DNA from: an uncultured Alphaproteobacteria bacterium
GTDB taxonomy: Bacteria > Pseudomonadota > Alphaproteobacteria > ATCC43930 > CGMCC-115725
Assembly: GCA_963736715.1 (NCBI GenBank)
Contig: CAVTQA010000027.1
Location: forward strand, 127,979 to 191,978
Reading direction: 5' to 3'
DNA: 64,000 nt
Of this stretch, positions 49,330 to 59,434 are shown in pieces. Numbering within the stretch: the first letter of the stretch is position 1; every line of letters starts with the position of its first letter. The notes beneath the pieces are model-generated. The model was not told where the DNA came from, ran no database searches, and saw nothing but the letters and a program-made list of their open reading frames with translations. The translations under genes were made by a program, and so were the position numbers.

Positions 49330-50340
49330 TCACGGACCCCGTGCCAGCATGTCGATGATGCGCAGCGCCAAGGGGGTGCCGATCACGATCATCAAAGACG
49401 GTAAAATAAAGGTCATCAACGGCACAGTCATAAGCACGGGGAGGCGCGCCGCGCGCTCTTCGAAGCGCACTAGACGTTCGGTTCGCATCTCGGCCGCCAC
49501 GGCTCGCAGCGAACCCGCAAGTGGTGTACCGAACCTGATCGATTGGTTGAGTGCGGCAACGATGCCGTGCAGGCTCGGAATACCTGCTCTCTTCGCGAGA
49601 TTGTCGAACGCTTGATCGCGTACTGCTGATATGCGCATCTCTGCTGCCGTAGCTGCGAACTCCTCTGCAACCTCGGGATTCGAGGAGCGGAGAACGCGGC
49701 TGACCTGCTCGATCGCGTGGTCCAAGCTAAGACCTGCCTCGGCGCAGATAACGAGTAGATCGAGCGCGTCGGGTATGCCGATTTCCAGACGCACGCGCCG
49801 CCTCGCCGCTAGCCGGGAGAGGACCACGTCGGGCCCGCGCCAGCCGAGGATAGCGGCGGCCACCAGCAGCGCCAATCTAATCGGGGTAGCTCCGACGAAG
49901 AAATGGAGCCATTCGAGCACCAGCCAACAAAGTGGCGAGAACATTATGGCGCTACACACCTTGGCGGTAAGCAGGGCGGCGAGATGGCCATGTCCCTTTA
50001 TCCCCGCCCCGACGAGTGCGGCCAACAACCTCTCTTGGGCCGCCGTGCCGATGACCCGATTTGCCGCCACCGTGGCTCCGAGCCATTGATACCAAGGCAG
50101 CCGAGGCGCCAGTGACGGCTCAGCGAAGTGGTGCGGCCCGCGCCTCAGCGCCTCGAAAAGGCGCCTCTGACGACCCTCCGACTGAGCGATCCGTCCGAGC
50201 TTGAGCGCCGACAGCACGGCCGCTGTCAGAGCGATTGCAAGAAGGCAGGTATAAGGGTACCTGAATTGCATCTCTCCGATACGGATCGCAAGATAAGTAT
50301 GGTCGAAGGAGGTCAGCCATTCGACGGGTGCCTCGGACAT
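49330..50340 (-). CDS. tadC: Flp pilus assembly inner-membrane protein TadC (T2SS F domain)
   Basis: 336 aa. T2SSF domain (IPDALDLLVICAEAGLSLDHAIEQV...) and terminal TM helices. Confidence 0.85.
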   Translation of the reverse strand: MSEAPVEWLTSFDHTYLAIRIGEMQFRYPYTCLLAIALTAAVLSALKLGRIAQSEGRQRRLFEALRRGPHHFAEPSLAPRLPWYQWLGATVAANRVIGTAAQERLLAALVGAGIKGHGHLAALLTAKVCSAIMFSPLCWLVLEWLHFFVGATPIRLALLVAAAILGWRGPDVVLSRLAARRRVRLEIGIPDALDLLVICAEAGLSLDHAIEQVSRVLRSSNPEVAEEFAATAAEMRISAVRDQAFDNLAKRAGIPSLHGIVAALNQSIRFGTPLAGSLRAVAAEMRTERLVRFEERAARLPVLMTVPLMTFILPSLMIVIGTPLALRIIDMLARGP

Positions 50341-50342
50341 AG

Positions 50343-51314
50343 CTAGCGCAGATTTCTGTTTATCAGGGCGCGCATTCCAGCAATCCCCGTCAGCAAGCTG
50401 GCGACGGCGATCCCGAGCATGAAGCGGCCGCGCGGGTCGATAAAAAGGACTGAAATAAGATCTCGGTTGATCAGGAAGAGACCCACTCCCGCGACAAACG
50501 GAGTGGTTGCCACAATCGCAGCGGAGGCATGTGCCTCGGCAGTCAGCGCGCGGGCTTTCATACGGAGGGCCTTTCGTTGTCGAATAATGCCGCCGAGATT
50601 GGAAAGTGTTTCAGCGATGCCGCCCCCAGTCTGGCGTTGCAGGAGCAAACTGACGGCAAAGAACCGGAAATCCGGCACACGGATCCGGTCGGCGGCGTGC
50701 TGCAGCGCTTCTTCCAACTCGGTGCCGATGCGCAGCTCGTCCACTATTTGCTGAAACTCGGTGCCGACCGGCCATCGAACTTCGCGACTTACGAGTTCGA
50801 TTGCCTCGGGCGCGGGTAGACCGGAGCTGACCGCGCGGACGATCAGATCGAGAGCGTCCGGAAATATCTCCAGGAACCGCCTCTGGTATCGGCTCCGTCC
50901 AAACCGGAGCAACAGTGCCGGGGCGCCTGCCGCCGCCGCGCCGTCAAGAGCGATGGCGAATACGGGATGGATCGACATTGCGATAGAGAGCAGTCCGGCC
51001 GCAGCCGCGGCGGCAATTCCCACCGCAAGGAGGTGCGGAGGTCTGATGCGATTACCAGTCGCCGCAAAGGCAAGGTCAAGTCGGGTTGACAAGACAATCG
51101 GCAGCGGTTTGCGCTGCGGCCTCGATCTCCGTAGCGAGACGACGGGCCCACCAGCGCTGAAGGCGGTCACTGCGATCGCACTCAGACGGGACTGGAGATC
51201 CGCTCTGCGGCGCTCCGAGCGTAGCACCCAAAGAAGCGCGCAGCCGAGCAGAACCGTCATCAGCAGAGCGGCGAGCAGAATTGGGTCGAACAATTCAGGT
51301 CTCCCCAATACCAA
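50343..51314 (-). CDS. tadB: Flp pilus assembly inner-membrane protein TadB (T2SS F domain)
   Basis: 323 aa. FPDALDLIVRAVSSGLPAPEAIELV...SLLLQRQTGGGIAETL. Confidence 0.85.
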   Translation of the reverse strand: MVLGRPELFDPILLAALLMTVLLGCALLWVLRSERRRADLQSRLSAIAVTAFSAGGPVVSLRRSRPQRKPLPIVLSTRLDLAFAATGNRIRPPHLLAVGIAAAAAAGLLSIAMSIHPVFAIALDGAAAAGAPALLLRFGRSRYQRRFLEIFPDALDLIVRAVSSGLPAPEAIELVSREVRWPVGTEFQQIVDELRIGTELEEALQHAADRIRVPDFRFFAVSLLLQRQTGGGIAETLSNLGGIIRQRKALRMKARALTAEAHASAAIVATTPFVAGVGLFLINRDLISVLFIDPRGRFMLGIAVASLLTGIAGMRALINRNLR

Positions 51315-52668
51315 GCGCGTCGAGGAGGTCTCCTTCCAGGCCGAAGCGAGCTGCGCGTACGATGAAATCGGGGCGCATCCGCATCAACTCGAAGCTGCCC
51401 TGGACGCCGCTGGCGAGCCGCTCGCCGCGATACTGAAAACCGAAGAGCTCTCGGGTCGTGATGACCTCGCCTTCCATCCCTGCGATCTCGGCAACGCTCT
51501 GCACCCGCCGGATGCCGTCGCGCATGCGTTCGATATGCACGATCAAATTGATTGCGCTGGCGATCTGCATGCGGATCGCCCTGAGCGGCAAGCTCAGATT
51601 GGCCATCATCACCATGTTTTCGACCCGGTAGAGCGCGTCGCGCGGCGAGTTGGCGTGCACCGTCGACATCGACCCGTCGTGCCCGGTATTCATCGCCTGC
51701 AGCATGTCGAACGCCTCGGCGCCGCGGACCTCGCCGACGATGATGCGGTCGGGGCGCATGCGCAGCGCGTTGCGCAAGAGCTCGCGCTGCGCGACCTGAC
51801 CAACTCCTTCGATGTTGGGCGGGCGCGTCTCCATCTGAATGACGTGCGGCTGCTGCAGACGCAGCTCAACGGCGTCCTCGACTGTGATAACCCGCTCGTC
51901 GCAGTCGATGTGTTGCGATACCGCGTTCAACAATGTCGTCTTGCCGGAGCCGGTGCCGCCAGAGATCAGCATGTTGAGGCGGGAGCGTGCCGCGATCTCC
52001 AGTAGCCGCGCGACCTCGGGCGACAGATTCTGCTGCCGGACCATCGCGTCGAGCGTCATAGTCTGCTTCGGGAATTTTCGGATTGAGATCGACCCGCCGT
52101 TCAGCACTAGCGGCGGCAACACAATGTTGACCCGGCTGCCGTCAGCGAGCCGAGCATCGACCATCGGGCTTGACTCATCGATACGCCGGCCGATCGCGGT
52201 GGCGATCCGCTGCGCGATGCTGGCAAGATGTTGCGCATCGCGAAAGCGGGCCGCGGTCTTTTCCAGCTTCCCATTCCGCTCGACATAGATGTCAAAGGGC
52301 CCGTTTACCAAAATATCGGTTATTTCCTCGTCATCGAGGAAGGGTTCGAGAGGACCGAGCCCGACCATGTCGTCGCTGAGGTCAGCGGCGAGCGCCATTT
52401 CCTCCAGCTTATTGAGTTGAACACGATCCTCGGTCGCAATCTCGTTCACGAGTTTGGCGATCTCCCGGCGCAGCGCGGCGCGCGGAACGCGGCCTGCCAC
52501 GGTCGGGTCGATCCGCGACATCAGAACGGTGCGAATTCTCTCCTTCAGTTCGCTCAACGACGCTAAATCGACGACCGGCGCAGGAAATTCCGCGGGGCCG
52601 TCGGGTATTAAGACGAGACCCGGGCGCTGCGGCCCGGGAACACGGCGTCCAAAGCCGGTCGTAATCAT
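51295..52668 (-). CDS. cpaF: CpaF/TadA secretion ATPase
   Basis: Walker [16 protein letters not shown], Asp/His boxes. ATG at 52668 forms an ATGA overlap with the cpaE stop (the ORF extends to a GTG at 52686). Confidence 0.95.
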   Translation of the reverse strand: MITTGFGRRVPGPQRPGLVLIPDGPAEFPAPVVDLASLSELKERIRTVLMSRIDPTVAGRVPRAALRREIAKLVNEIATEDRVQLNKLEEMALAADLSDDMVGLGPLEPFLDDEEITDILVNGPFDIYVERNGKLEKTAARFRDAQHLASIAQRIATAIGRRIDESSPMVDARLADGSRVNIVLPPLVLNGGSISIRKFPKQTMTLDAMVRQQNLSPEVARLLEIAARSRLNMLISGGTGSGKTTLLNAVSQHIDCDERVITVEDAVELRLQQPHVIQMETRPPNIEGVGQVAQRELLRNALRMRPDRIIVGEVRGAEAFDMLQAMNTGHDGSMSTVHANSPRDALYRVENMVMMANLSLPLRAIRMQIASAINLIVHIERMRDGIRRVQSVAEIAGMEGEVITTRELFGFQYRGERLASGVQGSFELMRMRPDFIVRAARFGLEGDLLDALGIGET

Positions 52669-53879
52669 ATGGCAAGCCTCCACCACTGCTTACGCCCAAT
52701 TGCCCGGCCTGAAATTTCTCCCGCAAGCGCTGCGACCACTTCCGTCAAAGCGCCGCGTCGCAACGGTCCTGGTGCCGTGAACAGTTTCGGGCGAAACGGG
52801 ATTACAAAGTTTGGCTGCAGTTTGATTTTGGCCATCTCTTCCAAGGTCAGTGCCCGGCGACCACCCTCGCCGATCCGGTTGATGACGAGCATGTTGGAGT
52901 GCTCGGCACGACCTGCACTGAAGCCTTCACGCAAGCGCACCGTGTCGCGGACCGCGCGCAGTGTCTGATCGGCCACAATTATGCGAATATCGGCGGTATC
53001 GAGCGCCTGCCAGTAAGGTGAGCTGGGGATCCTCGGCACATCGGCGATAATGTAATGAAATTGCGTCCGCAGAACCCCAACTAGCTTGTCAACCGCCTCG
53101 GCGGTGAATTCTGCGTCGACGCGCAAAGGCTCTTCCGCGCTCAGCACAAACAGGCGCTCGCCGTGCAGCGCCATTGTCCGGTCTAGGAAGACGCTGTCGA
53201 TGCGCAGCGGGTTGGCAAGCGCTTCCCGCAAGCCGGGCGTGGGCTTGAGGTTCAACGCGAGGGCGCAGTCGCCGGTATACAAATCCAGGTCGAGCAGCAT
53301 GACTCGGCGGTTCTGCCGATTGGCCAGATGCAGTGCCAGATGGATCGCCAGGGTTGTCGCACCGACACCTCCGCGGGCACCAACCACGGCAACGACTTTT
53401 CCGAGCTTCCGGCTTATTGGGCTTCCTTCGTCCGAGGCAGGCGCGCCCATCAATGCTGTAACCAGCAGTTGCGCAGTCACCGGCTTGACGATGTATTCGC
53501 TGACGCCCGCTCTCACCAGGTCGCGATAAAGGGCAACATCGTTTCTGTCGCCTATCGCGATTACTGCGACACCAGGCTCACAGAGTTCGGCTAGCTCATG
53601 GATCTGTGAGGCCGGCATTTCAGTGTCGCTGATATCGACGATAATTCTCTCAGGCGATCGTTCGGCACCAAGATATCGAATTGCACCGGCGAGGCCTCCG
53701 CGCCTGATCATCGGGCTGGGAATGGGCAGCTGCGCGAGACATGAGCTCAATGACGCCTCGCTCTCCCCGTCCAACACGAACGCCATTAACCGGACACGGC
53801 TGGCCGGTGGCGTGACCGCCTTCTCTATCGGCCCGGGGGTCTGAAGCGGGCTCTTCAGGCTATGGAGGGCATTAATCAC
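52665..53879 (-). CDS. cpaE: CpaE/TadZ (REC-like N-domain + MinD/ParA-type ATPase)
   Basis: 404 aa with a deviant Walker A, VVAVVGARGGVGATTLAIHLA. Confidence 0.85.
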   Translation of the reverse strand: MINALHSLKSPLQTPGPIEKAVTPPASRVRLMAFVLDGESEASLSSCLAQLPIPSPMIRRGGLAGAIRYLGAERSPERIIVDISDTEMPASQIHELAELCEPGVAVIAIGDRNDVALYRDLVRAGVSEYIVKPVTAQLLVTALMGAPASDEGSPISRKLGKVVAVVGARGGVGATTLAIHLALHLANRQNRRVMLLDLDLYTGDCALALNLKPTPGLREALANPLRIDSVFLDRTMALHGERLFVLSAEEPLRVDAEFTAEAVDKLVGVLRTQFHYIIADVPRIPSSPYWQALDTADIRIIVADQTLRAVRDTVRLREGFSAGRAEHSNMLVINRIGEGGRRALTLEEMAKIKLQPNFVIPFRPKLFTAPGPLRRGALTEVVAALAGEISGRAIGRKQWWRLAI

Positions 53880-53952
53880 TAGCTAACCCGAATGCCGTTC
53901 CATCAAACGGAAGAACCTGGCTTACCCCAGACATTCCGCTGGCCGCCGCACA

Positions 53953-54831
53953 TCACTGAGGCCTCACCGTGGCACTTTTGGATCCGTGAATGACCTCCAC
54001 TGCAGGCTGCTCGGCAACGACCGCCCTCGCGGGCACAGCGTCGCCTAGCGCCGGCGAAACGTCGCCGGCCCAGATCGGTTTTATGCCCGCGGTTGTGAAT
54101 ACGTCCATTGTAGTGGAAGTGGCGCTATTGGTTGCGCTGGCACTACGCAATGTCAGCGAGAGTTTGCCGAGCTCGGCGGCCACGTTGACCTTTTCGGCCT
54201 GATCGGGCATGACCTCCAGAGTAACTGTCCGGCCAAAACCGTTCGCTGCGCCACTCGGCCGAGTTTCGGGTGGGTCGATCGCCAATACCCGCAGGTTCTG
54301 GACGACGGTTTCGCCCACCGAGCGCCGCGTCAACGGCGGGTCGTTCTTGAACGTCTGCGTCAAGATCACGTCGACCCTGTCGCCGGGATATAGAATGCCA
54401 GTGCTCGCTCCCCCCGTTGCTACTGGGATTGCGATCGCTCGTGCTTGAGGCGAGAGGACGACCTGGAGGAAGTCGCGGTCGCCAGGCTTCACAATGGCGC
54501 CGCGATCGATCGGCTCGCCGGCCATGACGCTACTACGCAGCGCAGCCCCACGCACCTCGGCGCTAGCCTCTAGATCGAGCGCAAGGTTGGGGTTGCCGGC
54601 CGCATTGCGACGGCGGGTGATTTGCCCCGACTGGGCGCCGGCCAAAATCTGCTTCCAAGCCACGTCCTTGGGACGCAATAAAGTCCCGCCCGGCAGCGCA
54701 GTTGCAGCGACAAGTATCTCCTCCTTCGATGAGGCCGTAAGGAGGCCCCGCGGCAATGCGCGAAGGGCGAGTACCACGACGACGCAGAGCGATAGGAGGA
54801 ACAACAGGGTCAGTATCATCTTCGCGGGCAT
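53953..54831 (-). CDS. cpaB: CpaB/RcpC Flp pilus assembly protein
   Basis: 292 aa. N-terminal TM, SAF-like segment (ILVAATALPGGTLLRPKDVAW), RcpC C-terminal beta domain. Confidence 0.85.
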   Translation of the reverse strand: MPAKMILTLLFLLSLCVVVVLALRALPRGLLTASSKEEILVAATALPGGTLLRPKDVAWKQILAGAQSGQITRRRNAAGNPNLALDLEASAEVRGAALRSSVMAGEPIDRGAIVKPGDRDFLQVVLSPQARAIAIPVATGGASTGILYPGDRVDVILTQTFKNDPPLTRRSVGETVVQNLRVLAIDPPETRPSGAANGFGRTVTLEVMPDQAEKVNVAAELGKLSLTLRSASATNSATSTTMDVFTTAGIKPIWAGDVSPALGDAVPARAVVAEQPAVEVIHGSKSATVRPQ

Positions 54832-54837
54832 CGCCGT

Positions 54838-55365
54838 TCACCTTGCTGCTATCAGCGTAATCACGCCAGCAGTGGCGACAGCGACGCCATAAGGCACCGT
54901 CGACCCTTTTGACGCTACTCGACCTTGGCCGCTCTGGCCGGTGGAGGACAGGTGTGCCCCCCGCCGGAGACGTCCGAACGATAGATCGAGCCTTTCTGCC
55001 GCGAGAATGCCGAGCGCGAGCACTCCACCGCAAAGGCTCATCAAAAAGAGAAAGCCCGGTAACTCTCGATCACCGATCAGCAGCGCTGTAGCGGGTAGGA
55101 TCTTGGCATCACCGCCGCCAATCGCCCCACGCTGAAAGAGAGCAAATGTGATGGCGAAGATGATCATCGCGGCGGCGAGCGTGTAGCCTCCGTGGATAAC
55201 CTCTGCGGCGAAGGCGATGCGAGTTAGGCCTAGCGCGGCAGTGGCGAAGGAGAGCGCATTGGGTATGCGCCTCGTTCGCGTATCCTGGTAGGCGACAATA
55301 ACAAGAATACCGACTGCGACGGCCAGGACTGCCGAGTGCATCACCCACTCCCTACTCGCGGTCAC
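54838..55365 (-). CDS. cpaA: A24-family prepilin peptidase CpaA/TadV
   Basis: 175 aa, polytopic. YQDTRTRRIPN and GGGDAKIL catalytic Asp motifs. Confidence 0.8.
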   Translation of the reverse strand: MTASREWVMHSAVLAVAVGILVIVAYQDTRTRRIPNALSFATAALGLTRIAFAAEVIHGGYTLAAAMIIFAITFALFQRGAIGGGDAKILPATALLIGDRELPGFLFLMSLCGGVLALGILAAERLDLSFGRLRRGAHLSSTGQSGQGRVASKGSTVPYGVAVATAGVITLIAAR

Positions 55366-55424
55366 GTCTGCGCAGGCAGGTCGGAAACGGAGATCCGTCG
55401 CCGACCGGCTGCGGTATACGGCGT

Positions 55425-55610
55425 CTAGGGCGTCGGTATCGGAATGCCAGTAATGGTGGTACTAGCGCGTGTGAAAAGGTCGGTGAGGGAGTTGCCAAAC
55501 GTTTGTGCGCCCACCGCAATTGCAAGGGCAACGAACACGATCAACATGGCATATTCCGTAGCGGTAGCACCGCCCTCGTCTTTACGAAAGCGACTGGTCA
55601 GACTCTGCAT
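55425..55610 (-). CDS. flp: Flp-family type IVb pilin
   Basis: 61 aa. Flp motif GATATEYAMLIVFVALAIAV. An AT-rich promoter region lies upstream (55620-55800). Confidence 0.9.
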   Translation of the reverse strand: MQSLTSRFRKDEGGATATEYAMLIVFVALAIAVGAQTFGNSLTDLFTRASTTITGIPIPTP

Positions 55611-55906
55611 TTGAACTTCCTCCTTCAGGGGTGACCCTGTGGCCAGTGCGCGCCAAAGGCGATCACAGTCGCCACGTAGCCAGTAGCCAGACTAACCCAG
55701 TCGCTGTCAGTGGTCTGTCAGGCCGCCGTCAGAAAAGCGCCTTTTGTTATTTATTTTATTAGATTGCGCGCGATGGGAACGCCGCTCAGCCGCAAGGGGA
55801 TGCGACGCTCGGAGCAGTGGGGTCGCGAGGCGTGAAGTGGGTGGAATGCGTCGCAGATCGCCGGCCGGTAAAACTTCGCCGCGTCTTCAATGATTGTGTG
55901 CGGCGA

Positions 55907-57211
55907 TCAGGTCACCACCCCGAGACTGCGGATTGTGTCGAATACCGGAAGGATCTGGGCGCGGTAGGTTGCGGATCCCGAACGTGACAGCCATAACTGC
56001 TCGCACGCTCCCGCGGGGCCCTCGGGGTATTGCTGGCGAAACGATGTGGCGGCCTCGGCAGCTTCGCGATATTGGCCACTAAGCGATAAGGCCGCGATCA
56101 GGAACATTCGTGCACTGCCGTAACTGCCATTGAGTTCCAAAGACTTCCGCAGCAAAGCGATCGATGCGTCGGTGTGCCCGATCAGCAATTCGGCAAAACC
56201 GGCAAAGAAAAACCAGATGCTGTGCCGCCGGTCAGCCTGGTCGAGACGCATCGCACGTTCGATTGCCGGGAGCGTATTTCCGGCGTTGCCGAGAAAGGTA
56301 GCATTGTAAGCGGCGAAACCGTGGGCGATAGCCAAACCCTGATCCATGGCCAGCGCCCGCTCGAAGGCTACTGCGGCCTCGTCCAACTTGCCGGCCGCAG
56401 AGCGCAACATCCCCTGGACGCAATGCGCATCGGCCGCCCCTGGCGCAAGCTTCAATGCGATCGCGACCACTTCGCGCCCGAGATCGGAGGCCACGGAAGC
56501 AGCGAGCGGGTCGCCCCACCACGGATTGCTGACCAGCTCCTGACAGGTTCTGGCCAGACCGACAAGCGCCTCCACGTTCCGTGGGTCGTCGGCCAGCGCG
56601 GCCAGGTACCATCGCTGCGCTTCAGCCGTGAGGTCTGGCCGCAGTTCTCCCTCGAGCGCGGTCGACGCGCTGGAAAGGCATTCGTTGAGCGCGTGACCGG
56701 TGCCCAATTCGCACACCACTCGTCCAACTTCCCGTTGGAGAAGCAGAATGTGCAGCTCGCGAGAAATCCGGCGGATAATCTTGGCTTGCACTGTCACGGC
56801 CTGGTCGGAGTCGAATTCGAAGCGGCGAGCCCAAAGGTACTCGGAGGTCGCCGCATCGGTGATCCGCACATTGATGCGCAGGATCCCAGGACTGCCGCGC
56901 TGGGCGCTGCCCGTTACAAAATATTCAACGTCGCTCTCGGGTCGCTCGACAGCATTGGCCGGCTCCTTGGCCAAGGGTCGTAGTGAAAAACCACGACCGT
57001 TCCGCGTTAGATGGGCGACAAGGTCGCTCGTGAACGCGTCCAAAAGGTTCTCTTCGTCGCTATCGCCGGTCAGATTGCGCCACGGCTCTATCCCTACGGC
57101 AATGCTTGACAGCAAACACCGCCACGGCATCGCCGCGCGTTTGGCCTTTGGTGCCCGGAACGGCCCGCCCTCTCGCTGCCGCGATGGTCGAGCTGGCACA
57201 TACCGGAGCAC
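55907..57211 (-). CDS. N-terminally truncated paralog of the SARP-TPR regulators (TolB-N-like + TPR only)
   Basis: 434 aa. It aligns from WRCLLSSIAVGIEPWRNLTGDSDEENLL onward with residues ~285 to the end of the 690/694-aa paralogs. No wHTH/BTAD coding sequence fits in the 59-nt gap to the upstream gene. Confidence 0.75.
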   Translation of the reverse strand: MLRYVPARPSRQREGGPFRAPKAKRAAMPWRCLLSSIAVGIEPWRNLTGDSDEENLLDAFTSDLVAHLTRNGRGFSLRPLAKEPANAVERPESDVEYFVTGSAQRGSPGILRINVRITDAATSEYLWARRFEFDSDQAVTVQAKIIRRISRELHILLLQREVGRVVCELGTGHALNECLSSASTALEGELRPDLTAEAQRWYLAALADDPRNVEALVGLARTCQELVSNPWWGDPLAASVASDLGREVVAIALKLAPGAADAHCVQGMLRSAAGKLDEAAVAFERALAMDQGLAIAHGFAAYNATFLGNAGNTLPAIERAMRLDQADRRHSIWFFFAGFAELLIGHTDASIALLRKSLELNGSYGSARMFLIAALSLSGQYREAAEAATSFRQQYPEGPAGACEQLWLSRSGSATYRAQILPVFDTIRSLGVVT

Positions 57212-57270
57212 GGGCGCCGCACGGGAGTTCTCCGCGGGGGGAGCATTTTACGACGGCTCACGAGCCAGAC

Positions 57271-59355
57271 TCAGTTCGCCACGCCGAGAGTGCGAATTTT
57301 CTCGAAAAGTGGATGAATTTGGGCGCGGTAGGTCGAAGAACCTGAACGCGACAACCACAGCTGCTCGAATGTATTCGTACGGTAATCCGGATATTGCTTG
57401 CGGAACGATGCGGCGGTCTCGGCAGCCTCGGCTTCACGACCGAGCGAGGACAGCGCCGCCATTAAGAAAAGTTGCGCGAAGCCGTACCCGGGATTGCGGT
57501 CCAGGGATTTCCGGAGAAGCTCGATTGCCGCTTCCGTTCGACCGAGCAGCAACTCGGCAAATCCGCCAAAGCAGAACCAGATACTGTGTCGCCGATCGCT
57601 CCGATCGAGCTGCATGGCCCGTTCGATCGCCGGCCAGGTCTCCTCGGCCCGACCGAGAAGGGCCGCATTGTAGCCGGCAAACCCATGCGCCGCTCCCAGC
57701 CCGTGATCCATCCCGAGGGTCTGCGCAAACGCGCGTTCCGCCAGCTCCAACTGCCCTGCTGCCGAGTAGAGCATTCCCTGGATAAGTTTCGCCACTGCAT
57801 GGCCGGGTGCAAGGTCCAAGGCGAGCGCGACTGCCTCGCGCCCAAGGTCGGACGCCGCCGCAGCCGCCCGGGGATCACCCCACCAGGGATTACTGACCAA
57901 ATTTTGACAGGTGAGCGCCAAGCCGGTAAGTGCTTCTACATTGCGCGGATCGTGGGCCAGCGCCGCCAGGTACGCTGTCTGGGCTTGGGCAGTAAGATCC
58001 GGCGTGACCTTGCCCTTCAGAGCACTCGACGCCTCGGAGAGACACTCGGTAACCCCGAGATCTAGACCCGAACTGGCCAAAGCCCGGCGGCTTGCTGCTT
58101 GAAGGAGCAGGACGTGGAGTTCTCGCGAAATCCGTCGCGTTATCCTCGTCTGGATCGGAGCGAGGTCCTCGGGCTTGAATTCATGCCGGCCCGCCCAAAG
58201 GTACTCCGAGGTTGCCGCATCGGTTATTCTCATGTTCACCCGCAGCAAGCCAGGCGCGCTGGTTTGGGCACTGCCCGTGACAATGTAATCATAACCGCGT
58301 TCGGGTATAAGGTTGCCGTTGTTCGGCGGGCCACGATCGTCTCCCAACGGCTTCAGCGAAAGCCCGCGTCCGTGACGAAGCAAGTCAGTGACGAGGTCCT
58401 CGGTAAACGCTTCCACTAAATATTGTTGGTCGGGATCGCCCGTCAGGTTGCGCACTGGTGCAACGGCTACGGCAATGTTCGGCAACAGACAAGGCCAGCG
58501 CGGTTTTGCTGTGTTTTGGCTCGGAGCGTCGACCTGCGGTGAGGTCCGACGCCCGGGCGAACGATCCGGGGCGCTGACGCGCGCACCGGGATCGCGATCT
58601 TCTGCCGTGAGCCCCGGTGAATTGAGCTCCCTAACTGCGCTCGAACGCGAGATCTCATTCGCCAGCGACTGCGTCTCGACGTCCGGCGCGACGCCCAGTT
58701 CGCGCTTCAAGGTCTCGGCGCAGCTCCTATATTGGCGAAGCGCTTCACCGCGGCGCCCGGCGTGTGCATAGGCGCGCATCAGCGCGCGTTGCCCAAATTC
58801 TGAGAGCGGGTCGAGAAAGACGAGCCGGCGGCCTGACTGTATTGCGGCCTCGTGCTCGCCAGCTGCATCCTGCTTCGCGCTCAATCGATGCAAGATGTCG
58901 CAGACCAGCTCGAGAGTGCGGTCGCGCTCTGCCGTCAACCATTCCTGAAACGGCTCGGAATTTATATCGAAATCAGCGAGCAGTTCGCCGCGGTACAAAT
59001 CGGCGGCGGCTTGGAGGTCACAGCGGTGCTGTGAACGCGAGAGCCGCTCAAATTGATCGAGGTCGACGATGGCGTCCCGGATCCGGCAATTGGCGAAATC
59101 GGCGGCTAAGTGAACGTCTGTACCCCGCCCCAAGGCCTTGCGCAGCTCCAATAAGCAATTTCGTAAGCTGTGGCGCGCTTGCTCCGACCCCTGGTACGGC
59201 CACAGCAAATCGGCCAATCGCTCGCGAGTGACCGGCTGGCCTGCCTGGGCGGCAAGAAAGGCAAGCAAAGCGCGTGCTTTTTTCGGGACCTTCCCGAGCC
59301 GACAATCGCCACTCTCGATCACCAGAAGCCCGAGAATGCTGATCGACAACGTCAT
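57271..59355 (-). CDS. SARP-type regulator: wHTH + BTAD + TolB-N-like + TPR
   Basis: 694 aa, collinear with the 42321..44393 product (LGLLVIESGDCRLGKVPKKARALLAFLAAQAGQPVTRERLADLLWPYQGSEQARHSLRNCLLELRK...). Confidence 0.85.
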   Translation of the reverse strand: MTLSISILGLLVIESGDCRLGKVPKKARALLAFLAAQAGQPVTRERLADLLWPYQGSEQARHSLRNCLLELRKALGRGTDVHLAADFANCRIRDAIVDLDQFERLSRSQHRCDLQAAADLYRGELLADFDINSEPFQEWLTAERDRTLELVCDILHRLSAKQDAAGEHEAAIQSGRRLVFLDPLSEFGQRALMRAYAHAGRRGEALRQYRSCAETLKRELGVAPDVETQSLANEISRSSAVRELNSPGLTAEDRDPGARVSAPDRSPGRRTSPQVDAPSQNTAKPRWPCLLPNIAVAVAPVRNLTGDPDQQYLVEAFTEDLVTDLLRHGRGLSLKPLGDDRGPPNNGNLIPERGYDYIVTGSAQTSAPGLLRVNMRITDAATSEYLWAGRHEFKPEDLAPIQTRITRRISRELHVLLLQAASRRALASSGLDLGVTECLSEASSALKGKVTPDLTAQAQTAYLAALAHDPRNVEALTGLALTCQNLVSNPWWGDPRAAAAASDLGREAVALALDLAPGHAVAKLIQGMLYSAAGQLELAERAFAQTLGMDHGLGAAHGFAGYNAALLGRAEETWPAIERAMQLDRSDRRHSIWFCFGGFAELLLGRTEAAIELLRKSLDRNPGYGFAQLFLMAALSSLGREAEAAETAASFRKQYPDYRTNTFEQLWLSRSGSSTYRAQIHPLFEKIRTLGVAN

Positions 59356-59434
59356 CGCAACCGTCCCAATATACTGCTAGCGGTGCCGGAAGGCGGGTAT
59401 GAAGTAACCATTCATCTCCAGGCCCGCTCTGCTC

